Positions 1 to 11,164 of a DNA stretch of 64,000 bases are shown in pieces (within the stretch, counting starts at the first letter, position 1; every line of letters begins with the position of its first letter). Origin of the DNA: Perkinsela sp. CCAP 1560/9 (lineage: Eukaryota; Protista; Euglenozoa: Kinetoplastea); NCBI GenBank assembly GCA_965644495.1, contig CBFFSA010000003.1:992001-1056000 (forward strand), given 5' to 3'. Position numbers and translations under genes: made by a program. The notes beneath the pieces are model-generated. The model searched no databases. It saw only the letters and a program-made list of their open reading frames with translations, and was not told the origin of the DNA.

Positions 1-925
1 TCCTGGCCCGAGATCCGGGGGCGGCTGGACTCACTAGGTCACGTGGGGAGAGGAAAGAGGGGTGTCGGGCATGTGTAGCGAGTTCACCGGGATGGTGCGA
101 AAGTGCCTGAAGAGGAGCAGAGGCATTCGGAGCGTTACCTGCGGCGCGCTGCCGGGACTGTACCCAAGCGTTCAAAAACGCTGTTCGAGGGGCAGACTGT
201 CGGGGTGCTGCCATAGATTGCGCCTCAAGATCGGCGTGCGGCGGGGATACGCGGTTTGTTTCGGCGGCGCCAGTCCCTCGCCTGGCAGGGATACGACTAC
301 GCACCATATGCCGAGACCGATGCGGGCCTTGAAATTCCTGATTTAGATTTCGCTGCAGCCCAGGATGATGACGACGCATTTGTACCCAGTTATCCACGTG
401 TCCCACGTATTGCTCCGTAAGACTCCTTAGAGAATGTAGACGCTGCGCGGTCTCGGGACTGACTTCCACCGCGGCTTCCTGCGGACCAGAGCGAGGGTAC
501 AACTCCTCAGAGATGGGACGGCTGTGACGGCGCATATTTACCCAGTCGTTAAGGTAGGTGCGACGCGTGCGACGACAAGAATTTCCCTCTAAACGTGGAA
601 AGGAACGACGCGACGTTCGAGTGGCACCAACAGTAATGCTAGCTGCTGAATCTCGACATCCATGGGAGACGTTGGCTGGGTGAGTAGGTGGTGCTCGGGT
701 GCCCTCCTCGGGGCTGTGAGGGTTCAAAGCAGATGGAGCACACCGCGATCGATCCACGCTATCGGGTGGAAGCTGGTGAACCGCTGGAGTTTCCTCGGCC
801 GAGTCCTCAGTGTTTGGTGTATTCTGTTCATCGTCCGGGCATCGTAATACGGGATCTGTGGTAAAAACCACAGGACCTCCGGGTGAGAGGAGGTACACCG
901 GAAGGAATAGGAAGAACAGAGACAT
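1..925 (-). CDS. Hypothetical protein with N-terminal signal peptide, 3' end outside window (not in ORF track)
   Basis: Manual translation from ATG at 925 (MSLFFLFLPVYLLSPGGPVVFTTDPVLRCPDDEQN...) stays open to the window edge (~308 codons). It has a hydrophobic N-terminus and three W-V-x-M/S-R repeats, and lies on the same strand as all host genes. Confidence 0.7.
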   Translation of the reverse strand, partial: MSLFFLFLPVYLLSPGGPVVFTTDPVLRCPDDEQNTPNTEDSAEETPAVHQLPPDSVDRSRCAPSALNPHSPEEGTRAPPTHPANVSHGCRDSAASITVGATRTSRRSFPRLEGNSCRRTRRTYLNDWVNMRRHSRPISEELYPRSGPQEAAVEVSPETAQRLHSLRSLTEQYVGHVDNWVQMRRHHPGLQRNLNQEFQGPHRSRHMVRSRIPARRGTGAAETNRVSPPHADLEAQSMAAPRQSAPRTAFLNAWVQSRQRAAGNAPNASAPLQALSHHPGELATHARHPSFLSPRDLVSPAAPGSRAR

Positions 926-1580
926 TCGGTATTATTTTTATTGTTTAGTCCGGTTTCTAGTCGTGCGTACAAGTATATCAGTAGAGTGTATCGGTAAAAT
1001 ACTACACCAGTCAAAATTTTACTAAGATTCCTTCTGTACTAATGTAGCGAAGCGCACACGCATTGAACTTTGTAATCTTGCGCAAAACTGTCTGTAAACT
1101 AAAAAAGCATGATCTAAGTTTTGCGTATACCTCTGAATGAAAGTATTGTTAAAAATACGTGCATTTTGTAACTGTTTACGACAGACGAACACTATTAACC
1201 CTTTCCGGAGAGATTTTGAAAAAACCATGTCAGTGAATGATTTTGCTATAGACGTTTTTGTCCTGAATAATTTTTAAAGTAATACATTGAATGTACTTTT
1301 CTTCTATGATATACATTATTGTTGTACACATTATTGATACATATTATTCCTGTAGAAACATGAGCACACAAGTGTAGCGTGCGATCCTCTGGTATCAAAG
1401 ATTAATTAGAACGAAGAGTTTACACATTTATAATTAGATGTACTACTAAAATAAATATTCTCCTGAACGACTTTCTTTCTATGCACATCTTTATATTTAC
1501 AATCCCTATAGACATAAGCGGTGATTGTACATACCGAATGACCACTACGCTTGAGGCAGTATAGTCTCATGTCTCAGACT

Positions 1581-2009
1581 TCACATTCCCTTACGGGGAC
1601 TAGGAGAAACCGAGTTTCTTCGCACAGGAGTCGATCCCGCGACATTGGCATACATTCCGGTGTATGTGCTTTTGTCATCATGAAAACGCACATGATCGGC
1701 TTGAGTGGCGAGAGCCACTGGACCACCAGCTTGAAAAATCTTTTGGACTATCTCTTTTTCTGGAATGTTCTTCCTCTTTGCGATTTCTGCGACGGCTTGG
1801 TTGCGAAAAGTGGTGTACTTTATACGACGTTCACCTTTTGGCTTAACATGGGCAAATATCAAATCCACGTCCGTTGTCGTTAGAGCGCCATCAACAAGCC
1901 CAGAATCACGAACTAGTTTGGCAAATTTCGTGTTGTCCATTTCACCGACAGTACCGCTTCCAAAAGCGCAAAACGCCTCAAAAATAGTTTTGAGATCTGC
2001 AGACGTCAT
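1581..2009 (-). CDS. p25-alpha/TPPP family protein (short type)
   Basis: MDNTKFAKLVRD, TDVDLIFAHVK and RFHDDKSTYTG are p25alpha domain motifs. A pyrimidine tract and AG lie upstream (2020-2040). Confidence 0.9.
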   Translation of the reverse strand: MTSADLKTIFEAFCAFGSGTVGEMDNTKFAKLVRDSGLVDGALTTTDVDLIFAHVKPKGERRIKYTTFRNQAVAEIAKRKNIPEKEIVQKIFQAGGPVALATQADHVRFHDDKSTYTGMYANVAGSTPVRRNSVSPSPRKGM

Positions 2010-4474
2010 ATTCGAATCCTAGAAAACTGAGAAGAAAACGCGCTTGAAAAGATACACAATTTCGAAACTTTCCAAATTTTTCGGATACAGCGGAATATTC
2101 AAATACGAGTGGATTTTAAATTTATTGCAGTTGACTAATGAAAACAATTGGTGTATCCCTCCTAGTCCCACCGGAAGCCCACCCCCCAACAAAATGTTTT
2201 TGAGAAGACAAGGTAAATAATTTATATTCAGCATCGTATTTTTTGTCGTGAACTGTACTATACTCGTAAAACCAAACATATTCCGAAGAGTTTATCTGGC
2301 ACATTCCCCTATTAAACTCTGCCCACTATCATAGCACAGATACTTAACGCGTGTACATAGCGCATGACATAAACTCATGACAAAAAATTATATACAATGG
2401 ACTTCATGGTGCGCAGCAAATTATCGCATACTTAAAAAGAAGAGTAAAAAATATCTCTACTTTTATACATCCCTTAATTCGCATTACAAAGTACATGTAT
2501 GATGTATATTATTTTACATCATGCATATAGCATTGGGTATATTTTACATGACTTCCGATAATTCTCCATCAAAATTCTAGAAAGAAGTATCCCCCGATCA
2601 GAGACCAGCTTCGGTTTTTTCCGTCAGGTTCACAGAAATATGTATCCTTACATAATGATCTTAACTAGGACATCGGATAGAAAAATTATTCTTTTGCGCT
2701 ATTTTGAACAGGGCAAAACTTCGAGTATCAGTCAGTTCTCTTACGAGGTTCAACGTGAGTTTGCCAAGGGCGATTGGTAAGGAGCTCCCAGACATATTGT
2801 AAGACTTTCGAAAATAGGAACAGCAGAAGAAACACGCACGAAAATCACATAAATGGGTGGGTCGCTAAGAAATAACACAAAGCAAGCCTTTTAAAAATGA
2901 TGTGAGGATACAAGTGCAGATATTTGCATTATTAATCACTTTAAGAGGCTACATACAGGGGTGTAAATTTGGATGTGGGGGGGTCTAAAATTTGTAAAGC
3001 TTGGCCAATTTTCGAAAATAATAGCGCATTCGAGAGCTCTCGAACTGGGCTCATGAACGTGCATGCACGGCATCTGCGTTAATTAGATTTTCGAGTGCAG
3101 GTAAAAAAACTTAGTTTTTTGGGAGTCAAAATCTTGCATTTTTCACAGTTTTTCTGATTTCTCCCTGATTCATGCTACAAAGACGGGGTTATGGGGGATC
3201 ACCCGAACAAAAAGACTACGAAAGGGTTTATTCTTCCCCTGGGCACGTAAAAGCAAGCTGGTGCATGGTTCTTGTTGCCCATTACGAAACAACACAATCT
3301 TTTTTGCTCTAAAATTTCATGTTCCGTAGTGGGCGACTCCAAAAATGGTTGAGCCCCTCGGAATAGTGCAGATTTGATCATTGCGATCGAAGCAGCGTTT
3401 CAGGGCTCTTGAAAATGCCATGAAGAGCTTTCGAAAGCGATGGTGTATTGTGATTGAGATTAATCGACGATAATGTGAGGGTTGGTAGTCCTAATCTGGG
3501 CTTACCCAGAGAGAGTCCACCAACCCGTCATTATCGCGGCGCAGTAGACGCGCCATGGCAGGCCTGGCACCATGAAGGCCAGAAAAAAAAGGCACATTCA
3601 TAGATACTCAGGCACATCCCACTGAAGGGGCCGACGACACGCAAGAAGTGGTCTCTCCAGCATCCGAACAAGTCGAATGTCGAAAAGGCTGCAATACGCT
3701 GTCGGGAAATTCATTTAGAGAAAAATTAGGAAAACTAAAATAAATACTGTTACTATAGTAAATAAATAAAGTTAGTAATAGTAAATACGAAACGAAATAT
3801 TGCAACTGCAAACGTATAATTTATGCAGACACCGTGATACATGATTGAAGTTTGATACAGACATCCTTCGAAAGGAAGGATACATACACGACAAGATGAA
3901 GCCTCGCTCGCAATAATTTAACTTAACACAAATAAATTGAGATACAGTGAGTCGTTGGTTCAATGAATGAAGCCGAACACACCATCATTCTCGGAATCTT
4001 TATCACGTCTATTATTCGGACGGCAACCCTACACATACACACGTTTAAACCACCAGAACTATACAGAACTGTACTACTTCAACTAGTCCCCACTTGTATT
4101 ACTAGGAATCTGAATTAGCATTCTTACTACTCTTACTAGTGGAACTACTCTAGGAAAGGCCGCTCCATTAAAACCTAGAAACCCTCCACTAAACGAGTAA
4201 CTACGACTCAATGGCACTGGTCAATTAGGGTTCCACTAATTTACGCATCATCTAAGATGCAAGGATACCACACTTACAAAAGGTATGGCGTATCCAAAAC
4301 GTAATAATAAAAGCGAGTCAGAGTCCACACGTGGAACTGTAGTCATCCAGACCGACACTGTATCCAACTGCCATGGCAATTCCACGAGAGGCAGTACCCT
4401 TGATGCGAGCGGTCATATTCTGTATCAAACGTCATACTCTCTATCAAATCAACGTGACTGATTCAACGCTACAT

Positions 4475-5146
4475 GCGGATCTACACTCCATGCGAGCGGT
4501 TCGACGCTGCATCAAACAGCGGATCTACGCTCCATCAAATCAGCATGAGTGACTCGACGCTGCAGAAACAGCGGATCTACACTACATGCGAGCGGTTCGA
4601 CGCTGTATCAAACAGCGGATCTACGCTCCTATTAATCGGCATGAGTGACTCAACGCTGCAGGAGAAGCGGATTTACACTACATGCGAGTGGTTCGACGCT
4701 GTATCAAACAGCGGATCTACGCTCCTATAAATGAGCATGAGTGGCTCGACGCTACAGGAGCAGCGGATCTACACTACGTGCGAGCGGTTCGACGCTGTAT
4801 CAAACAGCGGATCTACGCTCCTATTAATCGGCATGAGTGGCTCGACGCTGCAGGAGAAGCGGATTTACACTACATGCGAGTGGTTCGACGCTGCATCAAA
4901 CAGCGGATCTACGCTCCTATTAATCGGCATGAGTGGCTCGACGCTGCAGGAGAAGCGGATTTACACTACATGCGAGTGGTTCGACGCTGCATCAAACAGC
5001 GGATCTACGCTCCTATAAATGAGCATGAGTGGCTCGACGCTGCAGGAGCAGCGGATCTACACTACGTGCGAGCGTTTCGACGCTGTATCAAACAGCGGCC
5101 CCACGCTCCATCACATCAGCATGAGTGGCTCCACGCTGTGTCAAAC
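4475..5146. repeat. 96-bp minisatellite, 7 units (44+52-bp subunits), degenerate flanks ~4330-5226
   Basis: GCGGAT(C/T)TACACT recurs at 4475, 4571, 4667, 4763, 4859, 4955 and 5051. Confidence 0.95.
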
Positions 5147-5229
5147 AGGGGCTCCACACTCCATCACATCAGCATGAGTGGCTCCACGCTGCTAAAACAG
5201 CGGCTCCACACTCCATGCGAGCGGCTCGT

Positions 5230-5566
5230 TCCTTATTCTTTCTTTTCTTCGCTCTTGCATTCATCCATTCATTCTCTCCATTGCTTTCTCGCTTTCCGTC
5301 ACATCCTTTCTTTTCCTCGCTTCTTTCTCTTTCGTTCTTTCTCACTGTCTTCATCTTTTGCTATCTATCTCTCCCCTCCTTTCTTTCTTTCTTTCTTTCT
5401 TTCTTTCTCTCTTACTTTCATTCATTCATTTCTTCATTTTTTCTTTCCTTCGCTCTTTCTTTATTCTTTCTTTACTTCGTTCATTCCTTCCTTCATTCCT
5501 TCCTTTATTCTTTCTCTCCCCTGCTTTCTTGCTTTCCGTGTCTTTCTTTCTTTCCTGCCATTCTTT
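5230..5566. repeat. CT-rich/TTTC/TTCA microsatellite tract
   Basis: Pyrimidine-rich low-complexity sequence; the ORFs here are spurious. Confidence 0.9.
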
Positions 5567-5753
5567 CAATGCGTAAACTTAAAGTTTGCGTCGTATATCG
5601 GTTCTCCGCTCAATGGGTCCACCTATCTTCCTCACACTTCGCTTCAATGATACTAGGTATCAACGAAGCGACGCCGGGCTTGGAATATATTTTCTTTTTG
5701 ATATTTGCCATTGTTTTAGAAAGTTGCAAATAGCGTTTGGGGGCTCTTTGTCT

Positions 5754-5779
5754 AGGGGGCAATACCCCCTTGTGTCTAG
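5754..5779 (+). mobile_element. Putative Helitron 3' end
   Basis: AGGGGG-caata-CCCCCT hairpin followed by tgtgtCTAG|T. Confidence 0.45.
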
Positions 5780-6232
5780 TTCGGCCTAGTTACGTTCATG
5801 ATCCCTTTCATGATCCCCTGCGCTATTATTTTTCAAAATTGGCCAAGTTTTACAAATTTTAGACCCCACCATCCAAATTTACACCCCTGTATATTACGTA
5901 TATTACTGAGCTCTAAAAAAGTGGAAACCATCTAACGATCTCAACCCAGAGTATGTAGCAGTCACGTATAAGTTTGTGCCAATCCGTTTAGGTACAACAC
6001 TTACAACACTTAGATTCGTGTTCACATTCTTCTCAAAGGAAATTCTCGGAGAGCCGTTTCTCACCCTCAGATAAAATAAAACTAACGCACAGAATGTTGT
6101 TGGTTCAAGATTCGTCATTTCGTCTTTTTACAATTTTCTAGAAAAAATTGCAATTCACGTATTTGAGCCACCTGTCAAATTTGCAAAAATGTTATTTATG
6201 CGGGAAACAACATGGATTCCACAAGAGGGCTA

Positions 6233-6322
6233 TTCGAGAGCTCTCGAATGCGCTATTATTTTTCAAAATTGACCAATTTTTACAAATTTTAGACCCCCCC
6301 CAGATTTAACCGATCCCCCCTG
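6233..6322. mobile_element. Solo Tc1/mariner right TIR (CAGGGG family)
   Basis: GAGAGCTCTCGAATGCGCTATTATTTTTCAAAATTG...CCCCCTG|TA, homologous to 5820-5889 and 14470-14556. Confidence 0.8.
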
Positions 6323-6358
6323 TATATTGGTGCAAGACACCATAGAGTGAACTACATA

Positions 6359-6732
6359 TCGTTAAAAAGCGGTGGTTGTTCGTAAACGGGCTTCGCAAAT
6401 TGCTTCCCACTAACGACGTCGCGTATGGCTCAGGCCTGCTCGCGCGGGCCCTCGTTATACACCCCCTTCGGCTTCGCAAATTGCTTCCCACTAACGGCTG
6501 AAAATGTAACCGCCGGGAGTCGAACCTGCGACTATCAAATTATGAACGGCAGGTGCTACCAACTGTACTACCTGGGTTCGAGTCCCGCAACCTACGTTTT
6601 TAAGCACCGTGATTAGTGCCTAAATCGAGGATAGGGGGGGGGGCTGGACCCCCTTTTCTCACCCTGCCGGATCCACCCTACCCCGGACACCATAAAGAAG
6701 GGAGAGGCAGAGGTTGTAAACAACCCCCGCAA
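6359..6732. mobile_element. Hairpin-ended, TSD-less element with tRNA-like core (copy 1)
   Basis: Closely similar to 29002-29323. Opposed B boxes at 6515-6526 and 6575-6586; terminal hairpin followed by GCAA|T. Confidence 0.75.
6508..6577 (-). pseudogene. tRNA-Met(CAT)-like sequence, degenerate stems
   Basis: Minus strand reads TAGTACAGTTGGTAGCAC (A box), TTCATAAT (anticodon loop) and GGTTCGACTCC (B box). Acceptor and anticodon stems do not pair well. Confidence 0.55.
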
Positions 6733-7524
6733 TATTAAGTACCTAATAATAGAGTGACCTATAATAGAGTGAACTACATTATTTAATTCACCTTTATCCC
6801 AATGGTAGAGTTCACTGATGAGATTACTGTTCGTATGAAAATGACGGAATGTGGTGAAGACACATTCTACGACATTCTGGTGGAAAGTGTGGTTCATGTA
6901 CGAAGAGAACGAATACGTTTCGCCCACCTACCCTTGTGATCTCCAGCAAAAATCTCGCGCAAAATCTTAATGACATCATGGTGCGAGTCTCTCAAACAAA
7001 AGACAACTTTCTACACGTCACTCGCTTCGTGTGCGGTGTGCAAAAAACCATGAAAAAAAATTCTTGTCAGATTTTTTGAAAAAAAAATGTAGCTTTTTTT
7101 CATGTTTTTAAAAGCTGCTAAAAATAGCGGGAACGTGTAGGTCTCGAAATTCTGAACGAAAAAATGGTATCATAACCTCCCTAGGCTCCTTCATGCAAAA
7201 AAATAGGGGGGTGACTTATTCGTGTCCCGGGGTTTATTCATGAATATGAAATCACGCCAAATTGCCCTTGTTACTAATTCATTCAACGAGATTAAGGAAT
7301 CAAAACTAAAATTGTATCAGGAAGGGGATTCACAAATCTACATATAAATTATGGAGTCCATGTGATCAGAAAATTTCACATGTGTATGCGTATCAGTACC
7401 CATTCGTTTAACGTTTCTTCGAAAACATGGAAACCGAAAATGAAAGCCAAACATGATTCGGCGGATGATTGTTGATGAACTCATTTTTCCTCACCTGATC
7501 TTTGCGAGAGAACTCCATTTTCAG

Positions 7525-7743
7525 TTAGGTTTGTGCTTCAGTGAGGGTACATGTATCATGAACGATGTCACAAAGATCAAGAACCGCTACCTCGTTTGCA
7601 CTAAGCAAAGAGATAATTTTATCATCTAAAGCAGTTTCGATTGTGCGCAGCTTTTGAAGATGCTTTTTCAAGTTTTCCTTTGAAATTATAGCATTAAAAC
7701 TACTTTTAGAACCATTTTCGGAATTACTTGAAGGAAAATCCAT
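7525..7743 (-). pseudogene. Short ORF / probable gene relic
   Basis: Starts with ATG on the host-gene strand and has coiled-coil-like sequence; early stop, no clear family. Confidence 0.25.
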
Positions 7744-8125
7744 AAATACGTTCTTAAATTTTAAGAAACATCCTAGAAACTAATTACACTTTTTTTTTTA
7801 TAAATTTAGTATTAGTATTGCAATGTAATCCCAATGTGCCCCTACATAATTCATAAATTGCCGCGTACGGTACTCGGGTACTCAAAGCGAATACGTACCC
7901 GAGTACCATACGCGGGTACCGTACTCGCGGTAAAAGGAAAGTATGAGATACAAAAGAATGTATGAACAGTATAGAAGACATTTGAAAGGCAGCGTTGTTT
8001 GCATGACAAGAAGAAAAACTTAAGCCCGAGGATAAAGTGTAGATGGTTGTTAAGCACATTACGTGAAATACGGAAAACCCGACAGAAAAATATGAATATC
8101 AACTCAAATATGTAGAACGCTTTAA

Positions 8126-8569
8126 GAGGGGTGAAACCTGCTCGGTTCTAGCGCGTTCGCCCGTGTTTGATCGAGTTAAGAGTTCGGACAAGTTGTTGCT
8201 GATTGGTTTCGCAGCGCTTGGCGAAGTTTAAGTGGGGATTCCTCCGAAGTGGCCAAGCGATATCGCGAGCGCACCAGGGATATAAAGAGGGTCGTTTCCC
8301 TATCGGAAGCATCGCAAACGGCGCGTGACGTAAGTCAGTTGCAAGTTTCGATTAGACCAAAGCACTCTAAATTAGAAAAGCTGAATTCTACATGTACTGT
8401 ATGTCGCGGTTTTGACAGTTTTTGCACAATTTTAAAATCATGTACTTTACGCAATTTTTTGGGAGTTCATGGCATTTGCGATACAAATCTCAAAATTGAC
8501 CAAGTATTTTTTCCCATTGAAATGGCTTAGGAGTAGCGTGTTCTCCCGTTTCTGCAGGTTCCACCCCTC
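8126..8569. mobile_element. PIF/Harbinger (Tourist-like) MITE
   Basis: TAA|GAGGGGTGAAACCTGC...GCAGGTTCCACCCCTC|TAA. The empty site is visible in the next tandem unit (8751-8769). Confidence 0.9.
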
Positions 8570-8813
8570 TAACTAAATAGAAAAAAATCATAAGCTTTTT
8601 ATTGAAACTATTTAATCACAAATTTTATACATACCCCTTATTGCAGTACATAAGCACGTTGAAGTAAACCTAGAATACTAAACTAATGACAACAGTGATC
8701 GTCCTCAATCGAACATAAAAGAAAAACATGAATATCAATTCAATTATGTAGAGCGCTTTAAATAAATAGAACAAAATTTTCATAATCTTTTTATCGAAAC
8801 TGTTTGCTCACTA

Positions 8814-9133
8814 CCGTATACCCCCCCCAGTAATAGACCACCCCCAGTAACAGAGATTTGGCCATTTTTGGGCTGACCCCCAGTAACAGAGATTTGGCTC
8901 GGGGGGGGGGGGGTTGGGGGGGGGGAGGGGGTGTTTCAGCGGGTTGGGGTCGCTGTGCTGGGTGAGGGTGGTTGCGCGGGAGCGATTGGCGTAGTTGCGG
9001 GGTTGTCTGGGAAGAAAATCAACGCACCCATGTATAAAAAAGGTCTTTTCCCACCAAAAAAGCATACCCCCCCAGTAACAGAGATTTGGCCATTTGGGTC
9101 CAAAATCGACTCTATTACTGGGGGGGTATACAG
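8814..9133. mobile_element. TA-flanked Tc1/mariner-type MITE
   Basis: TA|CCGTATACCCCCCCCAGTAATAG...CTATTACTGGGGGGGTATACAG|TA with three internal CCCCAGTAACAGAGATTTGGC copies. The empty site is in the neighbouring unit (~8617-8630). Confidence 0.9.
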
Positions 9134-9259
9134 TAATTTTATACACATCCTTTATCACAGCACATAAGCACGCTGAAGGAAACCTAGAATAGTAAACTAA
9201 TGCGCACCGTAATCGTCCTCAGTCGAATATAAAAGAAAAACATGAATATCAATTCAATT

Positions 9260-9335
9260 GAGGGGCTGCGGGTCGCGAGGTTTCACGAGGTTTCGTGAGG
9301 TTTTGCATGCACAATAATTTTGTAGTGATGATCAC
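9260..9335. mobile_element. Terminal fragment of the 11165-12497 family
   Basis: Reverse complement of ~12400-12497 (GAGGGGCTGCGGGTCGCGAGGTTTCACG...). Confidence 0.8.
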
Positions 9336-9832
9336 AAAATATTTTAAATTGATTTTACACTGCCGTATGATAATTACACTGCTCTCCATTTCATAACTTC
9401 TTTGTAAGCTTTCAATCTTTCTAAACAATCTTTCCAGAAATTGATTTTGAAAATGTTCAGACATGAAGTGTACACATTGCGACCTTTCGGCATTCCGCAG
9501 AGCGGGTACGATCGCCCGGTCGTGACTGTCATCAGGTTAGACTTCTAAAAATATCAACCCTATTCCAATATCGCCCACTGCTCGCTAGTACACAATTGTC
9601 ACCGCCGCCCTACTTATTTGTTATTTCTAAAATAGTAGAAAATAGTAAAATCATCCCCTTCCACATATTTGTCACTCGGAGAAGGCAGGTGCTGCGAAGC
9701 GGACCCGAATTTGTTTTTGCATTATTGTTCTAATTTTCGCAAAAATATTTTTACTTTAATGTCCCATTACATATTATCACACATTTGCCTAGTACGATAG
9801 TAGCGTACCTAGTACCGTACTATCCGTACTTA

Positions 9833-10812
9833 GAGGGGTGACTCCTGCCCGGGCGCTCCCAGTAAACTTCTACGGAGATCCGACTTGGTAAAATGATTTT
9901 TTCTCAAAGAGGTCCGGAATCCTCAATGTCCCTTGGATAGAACATGCTGGGCTAACATGACAAAGAGTTAGAAAGGGAGTCCGGCGTTGGGCTGTCGTCC
10001 GTGATGGGCATGGCGACCCCAGCCTTCCGAAGTAAGGACTTCCAGCTAGCTGCAGGGATTTGTCCATTACTATTCCTGTTTAACCCCTATTCGCGGAGTC
10101 GTTAACCGCGTTCCGGGGTTGTAAGACGGCGTGGTAAGTCCATCGCCGAGAATACGTTGTTAGCACCACCTTTTCTCGCGTGGCAACCTTGCAACCTCGG
10201 TGGAGATGGAACTGCACTCGTGCAAGCTGTGGTCGAATCCCACCCCATCTCCGGAGGAGTGGAGGCGTAAAAAACTTCGTTTCTCCAGCCAGGACCGTCC
10301 CGGACCAACAATCTGGGATAGTGGAGTTTTAGCGGGTGAGCTAGCAGAGTCCCTGACGCAGTCCGGTACTACAACGGTCTTCTCATTCGACCAAGAAAAG
10401 CCCACCGGTTGGACGGCCTTAACGTTATGTGTATTGCGGTGGTTGTTTAACTACCGATGTACCCTCGATTATTAAAAAAAAGTGAACATATTTTACAACC
10501 CCACGTGAGGGTGACCCCCCCTGGTATCCGCAAGATGGGTCCGCCAATTTCGGATTTTTCACGAAAAAAAAGTTAGAAAAAATCCTAGGCGGGATCCTTG
10601 GCGCTCCCACCCAGGGTTACACCTCTAAGCACAATGTATTATTAACGTTTATTACATGTCGAAACCCTCGTTTGTCCTGCAAAATAACAATACCAGTAAC
10701 ATGTTTTCTGTATTTTCCGATTGAAGCAAAAAATATTAAAAAACTAAGGAAGAAAATTTTGACGAAAGATATTCTAGGCGCTCCCGGGCGCTCCCACCCA
10801 GAGTCACCCCTC
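9833..10812. mobile_element. PIF/Harbinger non-autonomous element
   Basis: TTA|GAGGGGTGACTC...GAGTCACCCCTC|TTA with GGCGCTCCC subterminal repeats. A similar end lies internally at ~10600-10626. Confidence 0.85.
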
Positions 10813-11164
10813 TTAGTACGAAAGTCTGTACTTTTAGTCACATGTACAGACTTTCTTTTTTTCAAGGATTACTACTGTCGCTTTCATACATAATTATAAT
10901 TATAAAATAAAAACTTTTGTATTTGTAATTATATTTATAATTATAATTATTTATAATACGAAAGTTACAGATTTTACATTTCTTTACCATGTTCTCCACT
11001 TTTTTATGAATGATTTTTTACTTTTTCTCAACTGCTGCAAAAACAATCCATGGAAAATTCAAAAAAAATAACAAATTTACTCAAAACAAATTATAATTAT
11101 AATTATAATTATAGCGTCAAGAAATTATAAATCATAAATAATTATAAATATGGCAGCGTTATAT

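Larger units (their letters stand above)
2956..5889. mobile_element. Tc1/mariner element with decayed transposase and ~2.3 kb nested insert
   Basis: TA|CAGGGGTGTAAATTTGGATG...CATCCAAATTTACACCCCTG|TA, ~70-bp TIRs. Plus-strand relics at 3230-3490 (SSPGHVKASWCMVLVAHYETT; APRNSADLIIAIEAAF; MKSFRKR) are homologous to the transposase at 13787-14358. Confidence 0.85.
8051..9259. repeat. ~190-bp tandem repeat interrupted by three transposon insertions
   Basis: GAAAAA(C/T)ATGAATATCAA recurs at ~8085, 8721 and 9235; the taagcacg..gaag.aaacctagaat block recurs at 8651 and 9165. Confidence 0.75.

Noticed and set aside
4475-5146. CRISPR-like repeat/spacer array
   Set aside because: The apparent spacers are themselves repeated, there are no cas genes, and the context is eukaryotic; this is a minisatellite.
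4473-5733. Long plus-strand ORFs (322 aa, 202 aa)
   Set aside because: They arise from a 96-bp repeat and a stop-poor CT tract.
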